Positions 53,141 to 64,000 of a DNA stretch of 64,000 nucleotides are shown in pieces (position 1 is the stretch's first letter; each line of letters opens with the position of its first letter). Below the pieces are notes generated by a model. It saw only the letters and a program-made list of their open reading frames with translations. It was not told the origin of the DNA and searched no databases. Location: NCBI GenBank assembly GCA_951406725.2, contig OX597836.1, forward strand, positions 11,098,001-11,162,000, read 5' to 3'. Source of the stretch: Octopus vulgaris (lineage: Eukaryota). The position numbers and the translations under genes were made by a program.

Positions 53141-53735
53141 TAAGCCATGAGCCTCTACACACTCATAGAATTAGCTGTGCAAAAATGCCTACAAGATACA
53201 ACATGAAATATGACATTGTCGCCAAAATCGTCTTCGATTCTATATGCAGGAAAGATTGTTCTGACGTCATTAGCAAAAATACAGCGGAAAGAAAATATCC
53301 ACACTTTAAAGAACAATATCGGTGGAATATTCCATTTAAAATGTGACAATTCAAAATAAACTGAGTAGGCCAGATATAGACTCATTGGGCGATGTGCACA
53401 GTTGTATAGATCATTTGCCCAGAGAAAGTATATGTTTCTTTAAAACTGGGAAACGGGATAACAATCATGGAGAAATGATGAGAAACCTTCAGCTCTTATA
53501 GCGAAGCTACACATTTTCATTTGCTCCTAATATAGCTATATCGGTTTCCATAACAACAGATTTGCATAAAAGCCTAAATGTACCAACGATGACTGAATCC
53601 CCCTTGCTATCGCATCTGTAACTGAGACCAGACTTCCGGGAAGCTGAACTCGGATCTACTGTGCTCACAGATGACGAACAACTTTATCCGGGATTTGACT
53701 TATGAGCAGCTCGCCTCGAGTGTGCGGCCTTCACA

Positions 53736-53966
53736 TGCGAGCTGGCAGAAACGTTAGCACGCCGGACGAAATGCGTAGCCGTATTTCGTCTGCCGTTACA
53801 TTCTGGGTTCAAATTCCGCCGAGGTCGACTTTGCCTTTCATCCTTTCGAGGTCGATAAATTAAGTACCAGTTACGCACTGGGGTCGATGTAATCGACTTA
53901 ATCCGTTTGTCTGTCCTTGTTTGTCCCCTCTATGTTTAGCCCCTTGTGGATAATAAAGAAACATAT
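53736..53966 (+). mobile_element. SINE family B, full-length monomer
   Basis: GCGAGCTGGCAGAAACGTTAGC...CCCCTTGTGGATAATAAAGAAACATA. Confidence 0.9.
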
Positions 53967-54724
53967 ATCGAATAACATTATTGGAAACTCTGGCATACAG
54001 GCCACCAAACTCCGCCCTGTGGCACTCACACGTACCAAGTTACCATCACGTGTATTTATCTGCCATTTCTTGACTCAGTGGCCAAGAATAGGGACAGGGT
54101 ATCTAAAGGTAGATGCAACATATATTCACATCAAACGGTCACTTCGTTACGTTAAGTTATTCAGAACAGAATCGACTCCTGTATTAATAAATCACCGGTT
54201 TCGTTCGTTCGTTCGTTATCGGCAGTTGTTTAATTAAGCAGGAATTATTATTATGAGAAATGTTAGCGATAAAGAGATTAGATGAAGGTAGATTTACTAA
54301 ATAAATACTAGTGTACTGACGTCGACTGATTATAACAGTTAGAGTTGCAGTCGCCTTTAGATTTATTAACGAGCGGCCACGGGATTAACACAAGTTAAAG
54401 CTGTATAATCATATATCGCTGTCAGTTGGAGATTTGTCGTTATTAATAGCGCAGCCAGAGAACTTCATATGAAGTACAGCTGCGACAGGGGTTATTTTTC
54501 TTCAAATGAAGCTTTAATTGCAGCTGATGGCTGTAAGATTAATCACAAATTGTATGAATTACATCTCTAATTGAGAATTCCTTGTATAATGGCAAGTTGA
54601 GAAATTGGAACTTACATAAGATGAATTTAATTTCCTACAATAACCAAAAGGAAGGAAAGGAAGTCTTTGCGAAACATCGGAATAAATTGTAATATCTCAA
54701 ATTATATATAATAGTTATATATTC

Positions 54725-54728
54725 ACAC

Positions 54729-54777
<49 letters not shown>

Positions 54778-55115
54778 TATGTACATATATATGTATGTAT
54801 TTATTTATACATATATATATATATATATATACATACATACACTATGTACAATACGTATATATATATAGCAAAATACATGTGTGTGAATATGTGTATATAC
54901 ATATACATACATAGATATATACTTATATATAAAGATGTATATATTTATACACACCCACACGCACACACACATATATATATATACGCATACATACACTCAT
55001 ATATTCACATACATATATATACATTCATATATATATACAAATACGTATATATATATATATAAATACATAAGTGTATGTGTATGTCTGCATATATACATAT
55101 ACATACATACATACA

Positions 55116-55190
<75 letters not shown>

Positions 55191-55220
55191 AAATAAATGT
55201 ATGTATGTATGTATATATAT
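54725..55220. repeat. (TA)/(TACA) low-complexity tract
   Basis: Directly visible. Confidence 0.9.
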
Positions 55221-56206
55221 TTCTTTTACCAATTTACCGATCAGTTTCAATAGAGTTTCAAGATCTCATATCCGAGCAGAGGATTGTTAATTTTCTGAGG
55301 AAATCTTCCGAATATTCCGTTTAATGAACCTATAACAGGACTGGTCTTTATGCATGAAGCTAACGACGCAAGATTTCATTATCCATTTAGATTTATGTGA
55401 CCTGATGGCTGTGATTAACTGCAATATAAACCTATAGATGTCCGCCAAATCTGCGGGTGTTAATTAATTAAACTTATTAATAGTACATGACAGTTAGACA
55501 ATTGTGTATATCGGTTGTGGTGATCTTGTCGTTTCATAGAGAAGATCTTGAAAATTTTCGGCAGAAAATTGCGTATTATTTTTTTTTTTTCATTTCAGTC
55601 CAATCTTATTCTGCATTTTGGTTATGATGCAGGTTTGCATCGGAATGAGATTGTGAAATAAATATAAGAAATAGTTATGAACAACGGCCTTACTCTTTTC
55701 ATACAACGCCCGTACCGTGAGCAGAAAAAGACAGCTCAACTGCACTAGTTTCAATCATTGTCCAGATCTCATCAGTGACTGACTAATCTACTTTCATTCC
55801 CCACAGCGATATTTTATTTGTAGCCACAATTATTAACGGCTTTAATAATACGGCTACACCAATTTGCATAAATGACGCACACTTACGTACTTCTGTCGTC
55901 GAGAGCCATAGGACTTCTAGGTTCCCATGAAAGTCTATATATGTCTAGATACGTTCACATGATTGTGCACTTGCGTTCCACCCGGGGACCTCAACAACAG
56001 AAAACCCAGAACGTTCGATAAATTTTCAATCTAAAGTAATCGCTTGTATTTGCGGGACGCAAGTTAGTTTCCTTTGCCCTGCTTTCAAGAAACGCAACAA
56101 TTTTAGCCTTTTATGCAACTGTGTATATATATGTAAGTACATATATACACACACACACACATATATATATATATACTTACATGTGTATGTATGTTGTATG
56201 CATTTA

Positions 56207-56243
<37 letters not shown>

Positions 56244-56285
56244 CATGTGTATGTATGTTGTATGCATTTAGATGTATATATATCG

Positions 56286-56331
<46 letters not shown>

Positions 56332-56869
56332 GGAGAGCGAAAGAGAAAGAGGCAGATACATGCATACACATATACATGTAAACTGATGTATATATATGGT
56401 TGTATGTAATTGTATGTATGAATCTATGTATGTATATGCATGTATATATATATATATATGTGTGTGTGTGTTTATGTATATGTATATATTTGTATGCACG
56501 TACGTATGTATGTGTAGCTCGCCTGTACCGATTAGCAAAACAAACGAGAGGTACATTTTCACAAGATAAGATAAAGTTACAGCCAGCCTTCCACGAGCGG
56601 TGCACCTTCAATGCGCAACGAACGGATGTCTGCAATCAAACACCGGGAGTGCACCAAGATGACCGAAAATCAAACAGCGAATCGATAATAGGCCTCCGGT
56701 ATTGTTTACAAAAGTAATCCATTGAATTAGATTCTAGTATCTATATATTGCTGTTGTTTTCGGGAAGCTGTTCTTTCTCCAATGATTTACCGTTGGTTTT
56801 TGTTCTTTTAATGTTTTTCGGTTTTGGTTTATCAACTGTTCGTAGTATTATGAGCAGGATAATCACATG

Positions 56870-57071
56870 TGTGTTTACGCGTGTGTGTGTTTATATATAT
56901 ACATATATATACATATATGAATATGCATGCATGTGTGTATATTATATATATATATATATAATATCCACATATTTACATTAGATATTATACTTACCATATA
57001 TGTATATATATAAAATGATTTCAATATAATATATTATAAATACATCATAAATGTGTGTGTGTGAGTATGTA

Positions 57072-57113
<42 letters not shown>

Positions 57114-57340
57114 CATATATATATATATATATTTACACGTTACCTATGATACTATATATTATATAAAATATTAATATGTGTGTGTATATATATATATATA
57201 CATACATACATATAAATACATGTACATACACACACACATACAAACACACACACACAAACACACACACACAAACACACACATATATATATATATATTTACA
57301 CGTTACCTATGATTCTATATATAACATAAAATATTAATAA

Positions 57341-57392
<52 letters not shown>

Positions 57393-57417
57393 TTTATATA
57401 TATATATACATACATAC

Positions 57418-57453
<36 letters not shown>

Positions 57454-57509
57454 CATATATACATTACAAATCTATATATATGTATATATATATATATATA
57501 TACATCATT

Positions 57510-57561
<52 letters not shown>

Positions 57562-58272
57562 ATACAATACGAACGTGTATGTATGTTTAATTTAGGTGCT
57601 ATATTTCATAATTCCCTCGAGCCGTTTTCTTACATGTTAAAGCGTACAGAAAAGCTCATTGTTTCATGAAACAATACCGAAAGCGAATGGACACACGCTT
57701 ACGCAGACTCACACACGCTGAAAAGCACACTCCTCACCCACCCACACACACACGCACACACAAACACACACACAGACACATACTTGAATACAAACATACA
57801 CTTACAAACATACGTACGTGCGTGCATTCATTGTTCTCATTGGTTATGCATATATATGTGAGAATATATATACATGCACACACACACACACATATATATA
57901 CACACATGTATGTATGTATGTATACATACACACATACAGATATTCCCCACGCACGCATTGTTGTGTATTTGTTGATAAATAGACGATATTTTATTGATGT
58001 ATGGAAAGTGCATAGACAAAGCTATACGGCCTTGCATATATAAATATATAGATATAGGGCAAATGGTAGACGTATGCGGACATACATGTATACTTGAGTC
58101 TATGAGACGCGTACATGTGTGTGTTTCAATGTTTGTTAGTGATTGCATGATTGTGTGTATGTGTGATATGTGTGTGATTTAATGATATCTTTCTATCTAT
58201 CTATCTATCTAGGTCTACATGTGCATATATATATACATTTATATAATTCTGTGAATATGCAAGCATACATAC

Positions 58273-58365
<93 letters not shown>

Positions 58366-58525
58366 GTGTGTGTGTGTATGTGTGTGAGTGCATGTGTGTG
58401 TGTGTGTGTGTGTAAGGAAAGAGAGTGTGTCTGTGTGTGTTGTGAGAGAGAGAGAGAGAGAATAACTATATTATTTCAGCATCCGTGGAGCAGATATAAG
58501 CAAGCGTGTAAGCTGTATGTATGTA

Positions 58526-58573
<48 letters not shown>

Positions 58574-58657
58574 CTATATATATATATATTATATATATCT
58601 ATTATATATATATTATATATATATATTTATATATTATATATATATATATTATGTATA

Positions 58658-58725
<68 letters not shown>

Positions 58726-58837
58726 TATATATTATATATTTATATATTTATATATTATATATATATATATTATTCATACATATACATGTAATGTGTGTAT
58801 GTGTTTGCATATACGTATCAAGCACACACTAACACTC

Positions 58838-58879
<42 letters not shown>

Positions 58880-58880
58880 T
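56870..58880. repeat. Extended (TA)/(CA)/(TG) low-complexity region with local duplications
   Basis: Directly visible; TTTACACGTTACCTATGAT is duplicated at about 57132 and 57295. Confidence 0.85.
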
Positions 58881-59144
58881 ATGCTGCATTGTCACTGTGT
58901 CTGTTTCTTCCTGATGTTTATTCTATTTACAGATTTTATTCATTAAATTTAGCGGCGCTCATTATTGCTCTAACATAACATTTCACAAAGCGCGGTACGG
59001 CATACGATTATGACGTAGGTGTATACACTGCGCAGAATCAAAGAGAATCGATACTGGAGGAGGTTAATTTTTATTGATAAAATTCTTTAGTGATTTTGTA
59101 ATTTAACAATTTTACCATAATATGTTAATTACAAAAGCTCGCTG

Positions 59145-59955
59145 TCTCTTTTATCTTTTCTGTAACTTGCTTCAATCATTTGATAGCGGCCATTTTGGGT
59201 CACCACCCTGAAGATCTTTTGGTCGGGTGAATCGACCCCAGAACTTGTCTTTCTGTTTTAAGCCTGGTAGTTATTCTATCCGTTCGTTATACCGGATCAC
59301 TAGGTAACGAGGACGTAAATGTACCAACACCAGTTGTCAAGCGCTTGTGGGAGACAGGCATAAACACAAAGACACATATACTCACACACTGTATTATATA
59401 TGTATATGTATTATCTATGGTTTTTGTGCGCCGTGTGTGTAATTACCTATAATTATTTAACATTCTGCTAATCAACCTGAAATATGCGCGAAGCGGAGAT
59501 TGTGAGGTCACCAAAAAACGTCTGGACAAATTTTGATCTTAGATATCATACGAACCCACTTCGCGGCAACAGGCATGAAGAAGAGCAGCTTCGTCCACCT
59601 CGCTGCTTGAACAGAAACAGTACAGAAAATAAACCCAACCGAATAACACTAAATCGTGGTGCTGCAGTATGATCACAACCTCCGGCTGAAACCGGTGGCA
59701 GATGAAAGCATATCTCTCATTGTGTCTGTGTTTTGTGTTCGTCCACCTTCTCACTGCTACATAACCGATGTTACTGTTTTTCTCGGCCCTGTAACTTGGC
59801 AGTTCGGCAAAATTCGGATAGAATAAATATCAGACTTAGAGAAATGAAACATAAGTATTGGGATCGATTTCTTCGATTAAAACTCTCATGGCAGTGCTCC
59901 AGCATGGTCTGCTGATCAATCAACGAAATATGTAAAAGCTTAAGGATAAAAGACA
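59145..59955. mobile_element. Two old, oppositely oriented SINE A 3' halves (59145-59390 minus, 59715-59955 plus)
   Basis: Diverged matches to the family A tail on both strands. Confidence 0.7.
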
Positions 59956-60706
59956 GAAGATGAAGCGTTGGACACTGAAAGCTTTGCTTGTTTGTTTGTT
60001 TCTTTTCTCTTCTCCCCCTGTGTCTTTCTTTCTTCCTTTCATCCTCTCTTCGCTTGCTTCAAGCGTAGGTAATATTCTTTCGGAAACATGAGAGTGAGAA
60101 TCGAAGCTTCATAATGCAATTGTTTATGCTGCATGGGCGTTCTATTTTCTTCAGTTGTTAAAACAGGAAAAGAAATTCCATCATCTCTGGCTTCATCCAT
60201 ATTTTTTTACCCATAAATTATGGGAAGCCGTAAGATATTTCCGTTTGTTGGCCAAAATCTGAAATGCACGTTTCAGAGAATACTACTCTGTCAATATTTT
60301 ACCTATGACATTCACTGTTCACGAGTGCAATTCTGCTTTCTGGTCGTCTGAATGAGACAAAATCTAGAAGAGTTCCTACGTTCCAACTACAGACGCTAAG
60401 CATGGTTTGCTCTTTTGCATAGCTATACACCATTACAACGATTCGTTTCCTACCTATACTGTGTGTAACGCTGAAAGGTGAGAGAATTAGAAAGAGGAAA
60501 AACAGAGAGGTAAGATTTCGTGAGTGGATTTTTACGAGTGAGAAGTTGAGCAAAATTGAGAGTTAAAGCAATCATGCTAGAGAAAGAGGGTGAAATTGAA
60601 CTCCTGATCTACACAGAAAGAGAAAGGTGAGAATGTAACGTATCAAGATGTAGTATGAGGTATCTGTTATTTTCGTTATCCTATTTCATTATTCCCTCCA
60701 ATATAG

Positions 60707-61105
60707 GCGCAGGAGTGGCCATGTGGTAAATAGCTTGTTTATCAACCACATGGTTCCGGGTTCAGTCCCACTGCGAAGCACCTTGAGCAAGTGTCTTCTA
60801 CTATAGCCTCGGGCCAACCAAAGCCTTGTGAGTGGATTTGGTAGACGGAAACTGAAAGAAGCCCGTCGTATATATGTATATTTATATATATGTGTGTGCG
60901 TGTATGTTTGCTTGACAACCGATGCTGGTGTGTTTATGTCCCCGTTACTTAGCGGCTCGGCAAAAGAGTCCGATAGAATAAGTACTGGGCTTACAAAAAA
61001 CAATAAGTCCCGGGGTCGAGTTGCTCGATTAAAGGCGGTGCTCCAGCATGGCCGTAGTAGTCAAATGACTGAAACAAGTAAAAGAGTAAAAGAGAGTAAA
61101 GAGTA
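60707..61105 (+). mobile_element. SINE family A, full-length
   Basis: GGCGCAGGAGTGGCCATGTGG...GACTGAAACAAGTAAAAGAGTAAAAGAG. Confidence 0.92.
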
Positions 61106-61346
61106 ATATATTTCAGCAAAAGTAAAGGATGGCATATGTACCCAAACTTTAAAAAATTCTGGGGTCGATTTCTTCGATATATACATCAAGGTGGTGTTCC
61201 AGCATAGCCATAGAACAGAGACTGATACGTAAAAGAATAAAATGATGTATCGTCTTTGCATGTGTAAAATTCGTATCTGTTGCTATCACTCTGTGTCTTT
61301 ATTGGTTTATTGCCTGTCGCCGCTGCGCTGTTAATGTTTTTGTCTA

Positions 61347-61748
61347 TTCTCTTTACTCTTTTACTTGTTTCAGTCATTTGACTGCGGCCATGCTGGAGCA
61401 CCGCCTTTAGTCGAGCAAATCGACCCCGGGACTTATTCTTTGTAAGCCCAGTACTTATTCTATTGGTCTCTTTTGCCGAACCGCTAGCTTACGGGGACGT
61501 AAACACACCATCATCGATTGTCAAACAATGCTAGGGGGACAAACACACACACACACACACTTATATATATATATACATATATACGACAGGCTTCTTTCAG
61601 TTTCCGTCTACCAAATCCACTCACAAGGCATTGGTCAGCCCGGGGATATAGCAGAAGACACTTGCCCAAGATGCCACGCAGTGGGACTGAACCCGGACCC
61701 ATGTGTTTGGTTAGCAAGCTACTTACCACACAGCCACTCCTGCGCCTA
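61347..61748 (-). mobile_element. SINE family A, full-length
   Basis: Inverted relative to 60707-61105. Confidence 0.92.
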
Positions 61749-62741
61749 TATTGTCGCACTTTTTTAAAAAAAATTATCTACAACCGATGCAGTCAGGTTT
61801 AACTTTTTCAAAGGAACGCTATGTTCAGTACAGTGTATTGCACTTATTCTAATTGGGCTTGTCAGGGAGTTCAAGTGCTCAAGAATGCAATAATATATAT
61901 ATATATATATATATAACAGTCACAAAGGGATCACGTTTAAGGTTAATTTTAAAGTTTTGCGAAAGCTTGACGCATGAGAAAATCTCAACCCTGTACTTTT
62001 TACTCTTTTACTCTTTTACTTATTTCAGTCTTTTGACTGTGGCCATGCTGGAGCAACGCCTATAGTCGAGCAAATCGACCCCAGGATGTTAGCTTGAAAC
62101 ACTGTATATTTATTCCCAAATCTGTCTCTGTCAAACTCTCAGCTTTGACTAGTTTGAAATATTTTCAAGAGAAAGTTTACGAATCTGGTTGTGGATAAAG
62201 AAGACTGAACAAATTTAGCAATTTTTGGCAAAATATGTACCCTTTTACCAAGTTATAACAAAAAGTTAGTGAAATATTTTTAAATGTTTACAGTTGGATA
62301 GATAGACAAATATAACAAAATAATTTGATAAAAAATGTGAATTTTTAATTATTTTCTGAGATTTTACAAAAACAACAAAAATATTTTTTGTGTTGTGTGC
62401 ACCTACCTAGGCGATGAAGTAGTCATTTTCGACGGAAGGGGGCCAGCTAGTAATATACAGTATGCGATAAGGAACATCTTCATTTTTGACGAAAGGAATA
62501 CTTGCTTTTCGTAATTCTTTGCAAGGAGAAAGCTTTCATGGCATAGCTGCAAACACTTTTCTCTTGACATATCATCTTGACATTTTCGAAAACACCAATC
62601 TCTCTTCCAATTCGAATGATTAAAGTTAATTTTTATGAATGTAATTATCGATGAATTTTAACAAGTCGACAACACAACTTCCTTCTCTTTAAAGCAATTT
62701 TAATGATAAAATAATACCATATCATAAAAATACTTTTATAT

Positions 62742-62980
<239 letters not shown>

Positions 62981-63324
62981 TTATACAATTCACAACTGAA
63001 TAATGTCATATTCTGTGCATTTCCTCATAAACTGCTAATACATTATGTGAGAAATTATATATATTAATTAGCATGTTACGCCATTCAATAATATTATGTA
63101 TTCTATTAGCTTCTGATCAGGCTGTCGTTTCTCTGTGTTGTTTAATGACAGAAATTAATATGGATTTCTGTCATGAATTGTTTATGTAACAGCGTAACAC
63201 AATTATATTTTGTTTAAATATTCGAGCGGCTTTTTTATCATCTCATAAATCAAACATAAATCTCTGTATTTGAAGGATCATATCATGTGTTATGCTATAA
63301 ATTACGTATCTCGTATTTAATAAT

Positions 63325-63990
63325 CCTTTCTAATTTTAGCACAAGGCCGGCAATTTTTGAGGGAAGGGGTAAGTCGATTACATCGATCCACAGTGCTCAG
63401 GAACCTCGAAGGGATGGAAGGTACGGTCGATCTTGGCGAAATTTGAACTCAGAACGTAAATACTCGGGATATATGCTGCTAAGCGTTTTGCCAGACATGG
63501 TACCGTCTCTGCCAGATCATCGCCTTCGTTTCATCGTAAGTAATTCTTCTTAATCTTATTTCTTTACTACCCACAAGGGGCTAAACACAGAGAGGACAAA
63601 CAAGGACAGACAAACGGATTAAGTAGATTATATCGACCCCAGTGCGCAAGTGGTACTTATTTAATCGACCCCGAAAGGATGAAAGGCAAAATCGACCTCA
63701 GCGGAATTTGAACTCAGAACCTAGCAGCAGACGAAATACAGGTATGCATTTCGCCCGGCGTGCTTACGTTTCTGCCAGCTTGCCGCCATATGGTAAGCAA
63801 TTTTTGAGGGGAGGGGGAGTCGATTACATCGACCTCAGTACTCAACTAATATTTATTCTATCGACACGAATAGGCTGAAAGGTAAAATCGATCTTGGAGG
63901 GAACTGAACTCAGAACGTACTGAGTCGAAAGAAATGTCACTATGCAATTCTGTCAGCCACGGTTTCGATTCTGGCGGCTCGATGCCCTTC
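63325..63990 (-). mobile_element. Cluster of three SINE family B copies of different ages
   Basis: Younger copy at 63557-63787 between diverged copies at 63325-63525 and 63795-63985. Confidence 0.85.
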
Positions 63991-64000
63991 TTGCATTATT

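Noticed and set aside
62100-62455. Possible Helitron 3' end (CTAG|T near 62447)
   Set aside because: No convincing subterminal hairpin or 5' end was found; too weak to call.

Overview
This is AT-rich eukaryotic (animal) non-coding DNA, densely filled with (AT)n/(CA)n/(TAGA)n/(AAT)n/(CAT)n microsatellites and decayed transposable elements. The SINE families and microsatellite landscape resemble octopus genomes, but that is an inference I could not verify. I find no convincing host protein-coding exon; nearly all tracked ORFs are translations of microsatellites or SINEs. Recognisable coding remnants are all transposon-derived: a Penelope-like RT/GIY-YIG fragment (2.6-2.9 kb), a maT/DD37D-type Tc1/mariner (3.1-4.1 kb), an RTE LINE (26.3-26.9 kb), a 5'-truncated CR1/L2-group LINE with an open RT frame (33.8-34.9 kb), an L1/Tx1-type LINE 3' end inside (TAGA)n (40.2-40.8 kb) and a DD34D mariner (41.6-42.1 kb). 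The most interesting signals are five. (1) One SINE family forms head-to-tail multimers with the same junction at three separate loci. (2) Two SINE families have 3' tails matching LINE 3' ends present in the window, one with a covarying stem-loop. (3) Penelope-like termini carry degenerate hammerhead-ribozyme motifs and form long fold-back palindromes. (4) Inverted repeats that could form dsRNA are common. (5) Unique, motif-rich islands (CTCF-, YY1- and POU-like motifs) suggest a regulatory gene desert next to a gene that may start at the left edge on the minus strand. None of this establishes a new biological system; these are leads. Most boundaries were read by eye and are approximate.
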